Shown here: positions 1 through 10,374 of the stretch, piece by piece
Layout of the letters: each line of letters begins with the position of its first letter
How positions within the stretch are numbered: the stretch's first letter is position 1
Assembly: GCA_965248535.1 (NCBI GenBank)
Contig: CBDFJR010000001.1
Coordinates: 1 to 49,385, forward strand
Source of the DNA: Phormidesmis sp.
GTDB taxonomy: Bacteria > Cyanobacteriota > Cyanobacteriia > Leptolyngbyales > Leptolyngbyaceae
Direction of reading: 5' to 3'
DNA length: 49,385 nt
Notes under the pieces: model-generated
Database searches by the model: none
What the model was told of the DNA's origin: nothing
Seen by the model: the letters and a program-made list of their open reading frames with translations, nothing else
Position numbers and translations under genes: made by a program

Positions 1-112
1 CAGAGGTTTTAACGTTGTGCGCCTGAGCCGACACGATGGGTAGCAGAGCCGCGATCGAGACTAGAGCGACAGAAGAAACGAGCGTTCTTTTATTTACGAG
101 ACGGTGCGACAT
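1..112 (-). CDS. 5' part of a probable secreted hypothetical protein (runs off the window)
   Basis: Manual translation from ATG at 112: MSHRLVNKRTLVSSVALVSIAALLPIVSAQA-HNVKTS. This is a signal-peptide-like N-terminus with an AQA cleavage motif, and it overlaps the end of the upstream gene as in an operon. Confidence 0.6.
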   Translation of the reverse strand, partial: MSHRLVNKRTLVSSVALVSIAALLPIVSAQAHNVKTS

Positions 113-1307
113 AGAATTTTTCGAGCGATAAGAGTGACCAAATGAAACGCGATCGAGCCAAAAACACGCAGACGATCGACACGCCTAACAAAATCACCCT
201 CAGCCAGTGAGCGCTGGTGAGTTGCAGGTCGCCCAAATAGCTAGACCCCACCAATCCTGTGTGAATCGCGACCAACAGCAGCGCAGGCAGACTCAGCAGG
301 TGAATTCTTCGCCAAGCGGAACCCAGTTTTGTCATCAGCCCATCGAAGCTAGTGAGCGCAGCAGGCATCATCAACCCCAACGCTACAATCCCTGCCCACA
401 TCCCCCACTGTTGCCCCGGCAGCATAAAGAAAATTGCCTGAAGGTTCCAGTTAAAGGCGTGATCGACAAAGTGAGAAACATGGGCCAATGACAGCACAAA
501 AGCCCCGACTCCCAAGGCTCGACGGTAGCGCAAAGGAGCAGACCACAAACGGCTAATCGGTCGAGCAATCAGTGCCAGCATCAGCAGCAATAGGGCGGCG
601 TGTCCGGTGTAATCGACCATATCACCACTTCGCAGCAGCAGCAAAAGACCGATCGTCAAACTGACCCAGCCGCCCAGTCGAAACAGTTGACTGCGGCGAT
701 CGCTGCTCACCAGCGCCGTCGAAACGCCCACCCCCAACATCATCGGCATAGTGCCTAGCCCAAACGCCAGCATCGTCACGGCACCCATCCACAGATTGCC
801 AGTCTCGGCCGCTTTGATCTGAGCCGCATACAAAAATCCGCACGGGATCAAGCCCCACACCATGCCCAGCAGTGCCGGAGTCCACCAACGATCGGACTGG
901 GAGAGGTGCATCATAGCGCGGCTGAGACGATCGTGCAGCCTGCCCGCAACCGGGTGCAGCACAGGCACATGAGGCAAAAATTTGGGATTGATATTCGACA
1001 GTCCAAACCAGATCAGCAGCAGCCCGGTAAAAATCGCCAATCCGCGACGCAGAGCGCTATCGATGCCCGCCAACTGTCCTCCCGCGATCAGAACAGAGCC
1101 TAATGCCCCGATCGCAGCCCCGACCAGCGCATAGCTAAACACCCGTCCTAAATTGAGCAGCAGGTTAAACGTCAATTGACGTTGCCATGTTGAAGAGGCA
1201 GCCTGCCCCGATAGAGAGAAAGCAGCCGTTAAGGGGCCACACATGCCCAGGCAGTGCCCAAAACTTCCGAGAAATCCCAGAGTTGTGATTAACAGCAAGT
1301 CGAGCAT
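90..1307 (-). CDS. DsbD_2/TauE-SafE-like membrane protein fused to a ferric-reductase-like transmembrane domain
   Basis: N-terminal GSFGHCLGMCGPL and GLIPCGFLY motifs (DsbD_2/UreH-like). C-terminal YRRALGV...H...ALTS...W..IH.L.....L...H pattern of heme-binding ferric reductase/MsrQ-type TM domains. Confidence 0.8.
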   Translation of the reverse strand: MLDLLLITTLGFLGSFGHCLGMCGPLTAAFSLSGQAASSTWQRQLTFNLLLNLGRVFSYALVGAAIGALGSVLIAGGQLAGIDSALRRGLAIFTGLLLIWFGLSNINPKFLPHVPVLHPVAGRLHDRLSRAMMHLSQSDRWWTPALLGMVWGLIPCGFLYAAQIKAAETGNLWMGAVTMLAFGLGTMPMMLGVGVSTALVSSDRRSQLFRLGGWVSLTIGLLLLLRSGDMVDYTGHAALLLLMLALIARPISRLWSAPLRYRRALGVGAFVLSLAHVSHFVDHAFNWNLQAIFFMLPGQQWGMWAGIVALGLMMPAALTSFDGLMTKLGSAWRRIHLLSLPALLLVAIHTGLVGSSYLGDLQLTSAHWLRVILLGVSIVCVFLARSRFIWSLLSLEKFYVAPSRK

Positions 1308-1404
1308 TCTAACGCTGAGAAGGAAACGATCGTGGACGTTCTCTCATAGTCGCACACTCGATCGTAAGGGTGTGGATTGGTGTGGCGATCAGCGGAACGT
1401 GCCC

Positions 1405-3354
1405 CTAGGGGATGGCTTTGACGGTGAAATGAAACTCACTGCCCTGGTTTTTGCCCTGCGACTCTGCCCAAATTGTGCCGCCCATTGTCTCGATCGTGCG
1501 CCGACAAATGGCTAACCCTAACCCTGTGCCGCCAACGGTTCGCTGCAAAAAACCTTCTTCTTGCGAGAACCGCTCAAAAACGGCTTCTAACCGATTTGGC
1601 TCAATGCCTCGCCCCGTATCGGCGATCACGATTTCTAGGTGAGAAGTGGCCCGATCGCCCTCAGTCTTTTCTAAAAGCCGGGTGCGAATCGTGACTTTTC
1701 CATCTTTCGGAGTAAATTTGCAGGCGTTGTCGAGGAGTTTGCTCAACACTTCGATCAAGCCCTCTCCATCCACCATGACTAGCGGCAAGGGATCATTCAA
1801 ATCTAAGACAATCTGGGGGTGATGATCACCCGATGTGTAGCGACTCAACACTAGCTCTAGACATTCTTGGCACGAAACTGGCTCGACTAACCAGCGCACG
1901 GTTCCACTTTCTAGGCGAGACAGCGTGAGAAAGTCTTGCACCAGCTTTCGCAGTCGCTCGGAGTCTTCTAGGGCCGTTTCGAGCATGATTTGCTGAAACT
2001 CGATCGGCATCTCTGGCTCGGTTGCTAAACTCTCTAAGCAAACTCGAATCGTGGAGAGCGGCGTTCGCAATTCGTGCCCGACGATCGCGATCAGATTACT
2101 CTGAGTTCTCTCTAGGTCGGCGAGTTGATGATTTAAGGTTTCAAGGCGGCTATAGGCCTGAGCCTGCATTAAGGCAACGGCTACCTGAGTCGAGATCGTT
2201 TCGACTAGGGTGACTTCATCGGCTTTCCAGATATGGGGGTCGGGTTGGTGCAGTTCTAACAATCCCAGTGAGGTGCCCCGATAGCGGATGGGCACCATCA
2301 AACAGGCTTCGATCTGATGGTGCTGAAGTTGAGTCTTGAGGGCAAGATCGGACTGAATGCCCAAGTCTTGGCTGACATCCGCGATCGTGACCGTGCGCTC
2401 CGAGTCCAAGCTTCCATTTTGGCGCTGCCCCGATGCCATCTGAAACAAAGGATGAGCCGCTAACGACCAAACTTGCCCGCGCAAAGAGGTCAACCCAGGG
2501 GCGACCGATTCATATTCAACCAGGGGATAGTCTGACTGATCGCGATGCAGCAGACACCGACCTGCGCCAAAGACTCGCCCCAACTCAGTCACTGTGACAT
2601 TGAGAATCTGTTCGGGGTTTAACGATCGTCGAATGGCTGTGGCGATCGAGTTAATCAGTCGCTCTTTTTGTTCTTGACTGGCGATCGTGCGGTAGGCATT
2701 AAGCAACCGATATTGGCTAGCTTGCAGATAGTTGACCATGCGATCAACAAACAGATTGGGATCAATCTCAGTCTGGATCTGAGCAAGAGAATCTGACTCT
2801 ATCAGCCCATATTCTTGTTCGGCGAGTCGCACTTTTGGGGTCAACTCTGGACGATAGGTGACAATGCGTTCTAATAACAGTCGAGCCGCCTGCACGGTAA
2901 TGGCTGGGTCAAACGTCCAAAACCCCTGAAACTGTCTGACCTCATCTAAAGAAGGCGTGCCGATCGGTGAAGCGTGCTCTCGGCAAACCAAACAGGCAGA
3001 ATAATGATGACCCACAATCACCAGATGCCACTCTTGAGCGAGGTGATCGTCAGGAGACAGGGCAACGGTCATATAGGAAACTGAACCTTCGTTGAAGGCG
3101 GTTTCTGGCGCGGCTAACACATAGACCTGATCGGTGATTTCGCCAATTTTTTGATAGCGGGGGGCTTCTTGACGATAAAAGCGCTCTTGCTGAAAGTTGG
3201 CAATCACCAGAGGCTTATCAGTTCCCGACAGCACCAAGTCTTCCATGGCGTGAGAGAGCGCCGTTAGTGAAGCTTTAAAATAAACCTGCGATCGCAGTTC
3301 GGGGAGCGCTTGGCGCAAATCTTGCAATAAAGAATTCTGAGTCCTCATGACCAA
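1405..3354 (-). CDS. DICT-GAF sensor histidine kinase
   Basis: N-terminal DICT-like region (ALSHAMED, FQQERFY, EWHLV), central GAF, H-box GHELRTPL, N-box LLDNACKFT, G1 DTGRGI and G2 GGTGLGLAI. Confidence 0.9.
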   Translation of the reverse strand: MVMRTQNSLLQDLRQALPELRSQVYFKASLTALSHAMEDLVLSGTDKPLVIANFQQERFYRQEAPRYQKIGEITDQVYVLAAPETAFNEGSVSYMTVALSPDDHLAQEWHLVIVGHHYSACLVCREHASPIGTPSLDEVRQFQGFWTFDPAITVQAARLLLERIVTYRPELTPKVRLAEQEYGLIESDSLAQIQTEIDPNLFVDRMVNYLQASQYRLLNAYRTIASQEQKERLINSIATAIRRSLNPEQILNVTVTELGRVFGAGRCLLHRDQSDYPLVEYESVAPGLTSLRGQVWSLAAHPLFQMASGQRQNGSLDSERTVTIADVSQDLGIQSDLALKTQLQHHQIEACLMVPIRYRGTSLGLLELHQPDPHIWKADEVTLVETISTQVAVALMQAQAYSRLETLNHQLADLERTQSNLIAIVGHELRTPLSTIRVCLESLATEPEMPIEFQQIMLETALEDSERLRKLVQDFLTLSRLESGTVRWLVEPVSCQECLELVLSRYTSGDHHPQIVLDLNDPLPLVMVDGEGLIEVLSKLLDNACKFTPKDGKVTIRTRLLEKTEGDRATSHLEIVIADTGRGIEPNRLEAVFERFSQEEGFLQRTVGGTGLGLAICRRTIETMGGTIWAESQGKNQGSEFHFTVKAIP

Positions 3355-3388
3355 TGACGTTTGCAGTCAGAAAGGGGCAATCGTTGAG

Positions 3389-4009
3389 CTATTTTTGGAA
3401 GGCGAAATCGGCGATCGGCAGCGTTGCATCGGTGAGGGTTGCCCGACGCAGATCAACGCGAGTTAGGTCAACGCCTGTCAAATTCGCCGACAACAGCATC
3501 GTTCTGGTCAAGATGGCGTAGTCGAGGCAGGCTCCGGTCAGGTTGGCCTGGCTCAAGTTTGCGCCCGTGAGGTCGGCTTTGTTAAGAATCGCTCCAGTCA
3601 GGTTGGCTCCAAACAAGTTGGCATAGCGCAGGTCAGCGCCCGTCAGGTTTGCGCCTGTGAGATTGGCGTAGCGCAGGTCAGCCAGTCGCAGATCGGTTTT
3701 GATCAAAGAGGCTTGTAGCAGCATCGCCTTAGTGGCCCTAGCGCGGATCAGGCTCGATCGATTGAGGGTCGCCCAGGTTAGGGTTGCACCCCGTAGATCC
3801 GTTCTCCAAAGCGTGGCGGCGGTGAGATTGGCTTCGCTGAGATTGGCCTGCCGCAGACTGGTTTGAGACAAGAGAGAGCTAGCCAGGTCAGAGCGAGTTA
3901 GGTTGATCTCAGCCAAACAAACCTCACTCAGGCTAGCCGTGTTCAGGTCTGCCTGAAAGAACTCGCGTTCGCCCGACGCATAGCGCTCTAGAAGTTGGTC
4001 AGCATTCAT
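3389..4009 (-). CDS. Pentapeptide repeat protein
   Basis: Tandem A(N/D)LxX pentapeptides throughout; typical cyanobacterial N-terminus LLERYASGEREF. Confidence 0.92.
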   Translation of the reverse strand: MNADQLLERYASGEREFFQADLNTASLSEVCLAEINLTRSDLASSLLSQTSLRQANLSEANLTAATLWRTDLRGATLTWATLNRSSLIRARATKAMLLQASLIKTDLRLADLRYANLTGANLTGADLRYANLFGANLTGAILNKADLTGANLSQANLTGACLDYAILTRTMLLSANLTGVDLTRVDLRRATLTDATLPIADFAFQK

Positions 4010-4091
4010 GACGGTTTTTGGTAGTGGAATTCACAGCGTTATCTAGAAGTTGCGAGTCGGATCAGGGAGCGAGTCAAAAATTTCTTATCTT

Positions 4092-4109
4092 TATGTAAAC
4101 TAATGTAAA
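4092..4109 (-). promoter_or_regulatory. HLR1 (RpaB-binding) motif
   Basis: Minus strand reads TTTACATT-AG-TTTACATA, an exact match to (G/T)TTACA(T/A)(T/A)-N2-(G/T)TTACA(T/A)(T/A), about 80 bp upstream of the pentapeptide gene. Confidence 0.7.
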
Positions 4110-4373
4110 CAGTTTGTTACAAATTAGCAAGTAAGTTTCAGAGATTCACGAGCTTATCCTTTGCGTCAAAGCAGGTAACTCGCAGACAGATAGCTGACTG
4201 AACTAAACTTAGGCGAGATTGTGAAGTATTAAGCAATATGAAGGTAATTTAAACAGATTCATCATTTTTCGCGATCGGGCACCCCTGTTGATCGGGCAAC
4301 TCGATCCATCAGCACACAAAAAAGCGGACAACCTGCCCGCTTAGTAAAACTGAATCTGTAGATCTAGAAAACT

Positions 4374-5456
4374 CTAAACGGCCATCGCCGGAGCGTCTAT
4401 TTCCACAACCTTGCTTTCTTTTTGAATGTGCCAAGCTTTGCCATCAAGCGCCATCTGCTCAATCAAACTCGCCAGACGCAGCGCCTTTAAAGCCTGCTCC
4501 CCACCAACCGAGGGTTGATTTCCACCGCGCACACAGCCCACAAAGTGCTCTAGCTCTGCGTGCAGTGGCTCGATATTGCTGGTGTAGACTTTTTCGATCA
4601 GCCCGTCTTGACGATATAAAACCTGACCGTAGTCTGTTCTATAATTTGCCGTGGTTTGACGGTGAATCAGAATCTCATTGTTGAGAAAATCGGCTTCAGT
4701 CAGCGAATTTTTGCAGTGAGCCGCGATTCGCCGAATTTTGCGATGGGTGACTTTGCTAGAAGTCAGCGTGGCCACGATGCCGTTGGCAAACCCCAAAGTT
4801 GCAGTCACATAGTCTAGATAGCCAGAGTCAGAAGCGCGGCTGCCGCTGGCTGTTAGCTTGACGACTTGAGACCCGGCTAGCTCTAACATCAGATCGATGT
4901 CGTGAATCATCAGGTCTAAAACAACCGAAACATCGTTGGCCCGATCGGAATAGGGACTCATGCGGTGAGCCTCGATCGCCAGCAGTTCTTCAGTCTTCAA
5001 GACTTTGCTGAGTTCTTGAAAGGCAGGGTTGAATCGCTCAATGTGCCCGACTTGCAAAATGCACTGGCATTCGGCGGCGGCGTTGACCAACGACTCGGCT
5101 TCGGCAATGCTGGCGGCGATCGGTTTCTCGATCAGCACGTGCACCCCGGCGTTGAGGGCTGCCATGCCCACGGAGTGATGCAGTCGAGTCGGCACCGCAA
5201 TGCAGACAGCATCGACATGACTAATGAGGTCATGATAGTCCTCAAAAAATCGGACACGATATTTACTAGCCGTGTCCAACCCTCGTTCTACATTGATATC
5301 TGAAACGCCTACTAGCTCCACATCCTTGAGCATACTCAAGACTCTGGTGTGGTGCTGACCCATGTTGCCAACCCCGATGACCCCGATGCGAAGGGGCCCT
5401 GACTGACTTCGCTGTAAATATAGACTCGAATATCCGATCGAGATATCACCTTTCAC
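4374..5456 (-). CDS. Gfo/Idh/MocA family oxidoreductase
   Basis: Rossmann IGVIGVGNMG, HVLIEKP, GHIERFNP and DLMIHDID motifs; GGAGGAG RBS upstream of the GTG start. Confidence 0.9.
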   Translation of the reverse strand: MKGDISIGYSSLYLQRSQSGPLRIGVIGVGNMGQHHTRVLSMLKDVELVGVSDINVERGLDTASKYRVRFFEDYHDLISHVDAVCIAVPTRLHHSVGMAALNAGVHVLIEKPIAASIAEAESLVNAAAECQCILQVGHIERFNPAFQELSKVLKTEELLAIEAHRMSPYSDRANDVSVVLDLMIHDIDLMLELAGSQVVKLTASGSRASDSGYLDYVTATLGFANGIVATLTSSKVTHRKIRRIAAHCKNSLTEADFLNNEILIHRQTTANYRTDYGQVLYRQDGLIEKVYTSNIEPLHAELEHFVGCVRGGNQPSVGGEQALKALRLASLIEQMALDGKAWHIQKESKVVEIDAPAMAV

Positions 5457-5786
5457 TCGTGTTACTCCTCCACCACCGAAATTATGCTGATTAACAGCCG
5501 TAACGTCGCCTCAAACATCCAGATACTAGCACAGCAACAATAATTATGAAGAATTTCAAAGATTCAGCGAAGTTCCCCTAAATCCTAGGTTTTTGAGGTT
5601 AAAAGTTTTTATACCCTTAGAGGTAATATTGTCCGCTTAGAGTAGAAGACGCTGGCTAGACAGTGAGCTTAAAAGGGTTTGCAAAAGGGTATCTCTTCTC
5701 GGTGCGTTAGGCCAGTAGAAATACTGAAAGCACTGCTTGGCGACGCTCTATCAGACTCGACGGGGTTTCCCCAATATCCTCTATTA

Positions 5787-5803
5787 GTTCAATAATCTCG
5801 AAC
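5787..5803. promoter_or_regulatory. Putative ArsR-family operator (imperfect palindrome)
   Basis: GTTCAATAATCTCGAAC dyad (GTTC...GAAC) about 40 bp upstream of the ArsR gene. Confidence 0.4.
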
Positions 5804-5840
5804 AACTGAACTACCCACTGCTGTATGGCATAATGCAGAC

Positions 5841-6161
5841 ATGAGATTGTTTTATCACCCAGAGATCAAGAAGATTTCTTTAGCAGGGGTTTTATATGCC
5901 TTGGGCGACCCTGTGCGGCTAGAAATTGTCAAGCGGCTAGCACAAGAAGAACTGCCCTGCGCGGCGCTGTGCATTCCGATCGCCAAATCTACCCTCTCTC
6001 ACCACTTTAAAATTTTGCGCGATGCTGGGGTGCTGCACTGCCGCAAAGAAGGAACGCAGCATATTAACTCCCTGCGGCGACAAGAATTAGACGATCGCTT
6101 CCCCGGTTTGCTTGATGTGATCTTAAAAAGGGCTGCCAGCGAAGAACCCCTAGACAGCTAA
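5841..6161 (+). CDS. ArsR/SmtB family transcriptional regulator
   Basis: ALGDPVRLEIV...KSTLSHHFKILRDAGV winged HTH signature. Confidence 0.9.
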   Translation: MRLFYHPEIKKISLAGVLYALGDPVRLEIVKRLAQEELPCAALCIPIAKSTLSHHFKILRDAGVLHCRKEGTQHINSLRRQELDDRFPGLLDVILKRAASEEPLDS

Positions 6162-6908
6162 GAATCGCTGAATCACCTCATTGCTTAACTCGCGGGTAGA
6201 ACCCGATGCCACAATGCCCCCTTTTTGCATTGCATAATACCAATCGGCTTGACGAACAAAATGCAGATGTTGTTCGACGAGCAGCACAGAGATGCCCGTT
6301 GTGGCTACAATCCGGCGCACGGCTGACTCAATTTCAAGAATAATCGAGGGCTGAATGCCTTCGGTCGGCTCATCTAACACGAGCAATCTAGGACGACCCA
6401 TTAAGGCACGAGCGATCGCCAACTGCTGCTGTTGCCCACCGCTGAGGTCACCGCCCAATCGCCACAGCATGGTCTTGAGCACTGGGAAAAGCTCAAAAAT
6501 CTCATCGGGAATGTCTTTGGTTTTGGACTTTCGATCGGGCAGTGCTTCCATGCCTAAAATCAGATTCTCTTTGACCGTCAATCGTGGAATCACCTCTCGA
6601 CCTTGGGGCACATAGCCGATGCCCATGCGGGCGCGCTGGTCAGGAGATTTGCTGAGAATGGGCGTTCCGGCTAGCTCGATCGAGCCACTGCGCGGTTTGA
6701 GTAGTCCCATAACGCTTTTGAGCAGGGTGGTTTTGCCGACCCCATTGCGCCCGATTAAGCAAACCATTTTGCCGGGATGCACCGTCATATCGACGTTTCG
6801 CAGAATGTGACTTTCGCCATAATAGACATTCAGATCCGATACCTCTAGCATTGGGGTTGCGGTTGCGGCATTTATAGAGTCTGCAATAGCACCGTTGGTC
6901 TGACTCAT
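6150..6908 (-). CDS. urtE: Urea ABC transporter ATP-binding subunit UrtE
   Basis: Walker A GRNGVGKT, LSGGQQQQLAIARAL, LDEPTEGIQPSII; last gene of the urt cluster. Confidence 0.93.
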   Translation of the reverse strand: MSQTNGAIADSINAATATPMLEVSDLNVYYGESHILRNVDMTVHPGKMVCLIGRNGVGKTTLLKSVMGLLKPRSGSIELAGTPILSKSPDQRARMGIGYVPQGREVIPRLTVKENLILGMEALPDRKSKTKDIPDEIFELFPVLKTMLWRLGGDLSGGQQQQLAIARALMGRPRLLVLDEPTEGIQPSIILEIESAVRRIVATTGISVLLVEQHLHFVRQADWYYAMQKGGIVASGSTRELSNEVIQRFLAV

Positions 6909-6970
6909 AGCAGTTGGGATTGTAGTAGGTTGACTGTTGGACAGCGTTTGGGATTGTCCCCTAGCTGAGA

Positions 6971-7729
6971 TCAGGCGGCTTCGGCTTCGTCTTGGTGTCC
7001 TAAATAGACTTCAATCACGCGGGGGTCGTTTTGCACTTCGTCCATCGTGCCTTCACAGAGAACGGTGCCCTCGTGGAGAACAGTGACTTGACGGGCGATT
7101 TGACGGACAAACTCCATGTCGTGCTCAATGACAATAATGGAGTGACTCTCGGCCAGTGCCAGCAGCAGATTGCCCACTTTTTCCGTTTCTTCGTCGGTTA
7201 GCCCGGCGACAGGTTCGTCCACCAGGAGCAGATCAGGAGACTGGGCCACGAGCATCCCGATTTCTAAGCGTTGCTTTTCGCCGTGGGAGAGGAGCGCGGC
7301 TTGCAGGTCGGCTTTGTGAGATAGCCCGATCGTTTCTAGCAACCCGCCAACCGTGCGCCGCTCAGAGGTGGTGGGCTTGCCAAATACGGCTCCCACAATG
7401 TTTTTGCGGCGATTGCACGAGAGTTCTAAATTCTCGCGAGGCGTTAAGTTCAAATACACCCGTGGCGTTTGAAACTTGCGACCGATGCCCATGCGCGAGA
7501 TTTGGTGTTCTTTAAAGCCGCGCAAGTCGCGCCCTTTGAAGATAACTCGCCCGATCGTCGGCTTGGTTTTGCCCGTGATCGTATCTAAAAACGTGGTTTT
7601 GCCTGCGCCGTTAGGGCCGATCACCACCCGCAACTCGCCAGGGTCGAGACTGAAATTAAGATTTTTGATCGCCTTAAAGCCATCAAAACTAACCGTCAGA
7701 TTTTCGATTTGTAAGATCTTGTCGCTCAT
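6971..7729 (-). CDS. urtD: Urea ABC transporter ATP-binding subunit UrtD
   Basis: GPNGAGKT, GRKFQTP, LSHGEKQRLEIG, DEPVAG. Start placed at ATG 7729 (MSDKILQIE). Confidence 0.93.
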   Translation of the reverse strand: MSDKILQIENLTVSFDGFKAIKNLNFSLDPGELRVVIGPNGAGKTTFLDTITGKTKPTIGRVIFKGRDLRGFKEHQISRMGIGRKFQTPRVYLNLTPRENLELSCNRRKNIVGAVFGKPTTSERRTVGGLLETIGLSHKADLQAALLSHGEKQRLEIGMLVAQSPDLLLVDEPVAGLTDEETEKVGNLLLALAESHSIIVIEHDMEFVRQIARQVTVLHEGTVLCEGTMDEVQNDPRVIEVYLGHQDEAEAA

Positions 7730-8876
7730 ATTCCACATCTGGGTCTTCTTCAAGACTGGGGTAAGTTGTGACCTGCTGTTTGCCTCTGAGGAGGGTGCGT
7801 GAATAATCAAGTCCTTGAGTGCGAAGCCAGCCAATCAAGCCACCGGGCAAGACTGTGACCACAATTAAGAACAGCGCTCCCTGAAAAAACAGCCAAACTT
7901 CTGGGAACTTCTCACTGAGAAAGCTTTTGGCAAAGTTGACGATCAGCGTTCCTAAAATCGCCCCGACGAGGCTAGCGCGACCGCCCACGGCTACCCAAAT
8001 CACCATCTCGATCGAGAAGGCAATATCCATCGCTTTGGGCGTGATGATGCCAGACTGCACGGTGTAAAGCGCTCCTGAAACCCCGGCTAACCCGGCTGAC
8101 GCGGCAAACACCAGAACTTTAAATGCCGTCGGGTCATAGCCCGTAAACCGCACTCGCGGCTCGTCATCTCGAATCGCAATCAGCAGCCGCCCCAATCGCC
8201 CACTGGTGAGCCATCGACATAGGGCATAAGCCCCCGCCAACAGCACGACCGTTAGCATATAAAACGACCACTGCACCCCAGCCGAGCCAACGGTTTGCCC
8301 AAAGATCGTCGCGGTGTCGGTCTTGAGACCATTGGTGCCGTTAATTAATTTTTGTTGACCATTAAAGAAGTTGAAAAAGATGATTAGGGCTGCCTGGGTC
8401 AAGATCGAGAAATAAACGCCCCGAATGCGATTGCGAAACACGAGGTATCCCAAGACGGCTGCGACCACCGTTGGAATGACAATGACCGCAAAAATCGTGA
8501 AGGGCAGCGAGCTAAAGGGCTGCCAAAACGCCGGGAGCGAGGTCACGCCATAGAGCGAGAAAAAATCGGGCATCTGTCCGTCTGGCTGCAACTGGAGATA
8601 CATGGCGAGAGCATAGCCGCCGAGGGCGAAGAACAGCCCGTGCCCTAGGCTGAGAATGCCTGTGTAGCCCCAGATGATATCGATGCCTAGGGCCACGATC
8701 GCCAGCGCCAGATAACGCCCCAGCAGGTTAACGCGAAAGGCTTGACCTATGCTGACGAGACCTTGGGGAATCACAAAAATCAGCAGTAGCACGATCGCCA
8801 GCACGATCGCGCCTTCTATCAGCAAGAAGCGGCGTTTGTGCCAGTCGAATCTCGGTTGTGTAGTGGTTATATCCAC
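7689..8876 (-). CDS. urtC: Urea ABC transporter permease UrtC
   Basis: WGYTGILSLGHG, GVYFSILTQA, SIEMVIWVAVGGR motifs. Probable GTG start at 8876 after an AGGGAG RBS. Confidence 0.9.
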   Translation of the reverse strand: MDITTTQPRFDWHKRRFLLIEGAIVLAIVLLLIFVIPQGLVSIGQAFRVNLLGRYLALAIVALGIDIIWGYTGILSLGHGLFFALGGYALAMYLQLQPDGQMPDFFSLYGVTSLPAFWQPFSSLPFTIFAVIVIPTVVAAVLGYLVFRNRIRGVYFSILTQAALIIFFNFFNGQQKLINGTNGLKTDTATIFGQTVGSAGVQWSFYMLTVVLLAGAYALCRWLTSGRLGRLLIAIRDDEPRVRFTGYDPTAFKVLVFAASAGLAGVSGALYTVQSGIITPKAMDIAFSIEMVIWVAVGGRASLVGAILGTLIVNFAKSFLSEKFPEVWLFFQGALFLIVVTVLPGGLIGWLRTQGLDYSRTLLRGKQQVTTYPSLEEDPDVEYERQDLTNRKSDG

Positions 8877-8936
8877 GGCTTGCGCTCTCCCTGCGTGTGA
8901 GAAATGGAACATTATCGGGTTGCAATTCACCCTTGG

Positions 8937-10097
8937 TCAGGCATCCACCGTGCGGCCTTTTTGCGGAAACAGTCCGGCTGGGCGGAATTGCAGAAATACG
9001 ACAATTAACGCGAAGACCATCACTTTTGCCATGCTAGTGGTTGCAAAAAAGGTAAAGAAATCGGCGAGGGGTTTAATCGGCTCTAGCAACGTTGACAAAG
9101 CGCCAGAACCGACCAGGTAGGTAGCGATGCCGATTACTAGAGCCGCCACAATGCTGCCGACTAGTTTGCCTACGCCGCCCACGACCACCACCATAAAGGT
9201 GTCTACGATGTAGTTTTGTCCGGTGTTGGGGCCCACCGAGCCGAGGAGACTGACCGCACAGCCTGCGATGCCTGCTAGCCCTGAGCCGAGGGCAAAGGTG
9301 ATCGCGTCTACTTTCTGAGTGGGGATGCCGAGACAGGCGCTCATGCTGCGGTTTTGCGTCACTGAGCGAATGCGTAACCCCCAGTCTGATCGATTCAAAA
9401 ATAGATAGACCGCCACGAGACAGGCGATCGTCAACACGATGATAAAGATGCGGGCATAGGAGAGTTGAAACCCCCCGATCGGGAGACCGCCACGCAGCCA
9501 TTTAGGAGCCGTCACATCGACGTTTTGAGCGCCAAACCAGGGCTTAGTTGCGGCGAGTTTGTAGGTCTGCCCGATCACAACGCCCGTCACCAGCGCGATC
9601 GCGGCGGATAATGGCAGCATGATCGTGATCACCCAACTGCGAATGCGATCGAAATCAGGACGACGAGACAGCAGCTTTAACGCTCCAAAAAATAATAAAC
9701 AAAATACTGCAATTCCAATCACTAAGACCCAGTTAACGCTGCGAACAAACTGCTGCAAAATCAAGCTTACGCCCCAAGTTGCTAACAATGTTTCGAGCGG
9801 TCTGCCATAGAGATAGCGAATCACACTCCGCTCTAACACTAAACCAAACAGGGCGGTCACTATAAATGCAGCGATCAGCGCAAAGAAAATATAAAGCTCA
9901 AACCATGCACCGCCAAATGATTTGAAAACGTTTTGAACCACGAACGTTGTGTAGGCTCCTAACATCATCAACTCACCGTGGGCCATGTTGATTACACCCA
10001 TCAGCCCGAAGACGATCGCCAACCCTAGCGCCGCCAACAGCAAGACAGAACCAATACTGATTCCGCTAAAGATACCGTCTAATAATCCTGATAGCAT
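8937..10097 (-). CDS. urtB: Urea ABC transporter permease UrtB
   Basis: GLAIVFGLMGVINMAHGE, PLETLLATWG, FMVVVVGGVG motifs. Confidence 0.93.
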   Translation of the reverse strand: MLSGLLDGIFSGISIGSVLLLAALGLAIVFGLMGVINMAHGELMMLGAYTTFVVQNVFKSFGGAWFELYIFFALIAAFIVTALFGLVLERSVIRYLYGRPLETLLATWGVSLILQQFVRSVNWVLVIGIAVFCLLFFGALKLLSRRPDFDRIRSWVITIMLPLSAAIALVTGVVIGQTYKLAATKPWFGAQNVDVTAPKWLRGGLPIGGFQLSYARIFIIVLTIACLVAVYLFLNRSDWGLRIRSVTQNRSMSACLGIPTQKVDAITFALGSGLAGIAGCAVSLLGSVGPNTGQNYIVDTFMVVVVGGVGKLVGSIVAALVIGIATYLVGSGALSTLLEPIKPLADFFTFFATTSMAKVMVFALIVVFLQFRPAGLFPQKGRTVDA

Positions 10098-10374
10098 TCA
10101 AGTTGCGGGTAAAGGGTTACGCGAACGAATATAGAGTCCCATAGCACCTGCTTTGAAAGTGTGCGCTAAGATGCAAATTTTTTGAGGTGAAGCGATCGAG
10201 CCAAGCCGTTTTAGAGCAGGCACTCTTTAACTTGCGATTTCAACGATCGGCATTTCTTTTAAGTGGAGTCTAACTCGTTTGTGAGTTCTAAAAAGATGCT
10301 TGATCTAAGTCAGTGGTTTAGAATTTTGAGGTTTAAGCTTTAAGTCAGTTGACACTACTTAAAGCCCAAACTTG

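Noticed and set aside
2150..2640. GAF domain as a cyanobacteriochrome photoreceptor
   Set aside because: No DxCF-type or CH bilin-attachment motif is visible in the translation.
5461..5477. ACTCCTCCAC resembling the Yfr1 sRNA motif
   Set aside because: Imperfect match without flanking hairpins; it is the reverse complement of the GGAGGAG RBS of the oxidoreductase gene.
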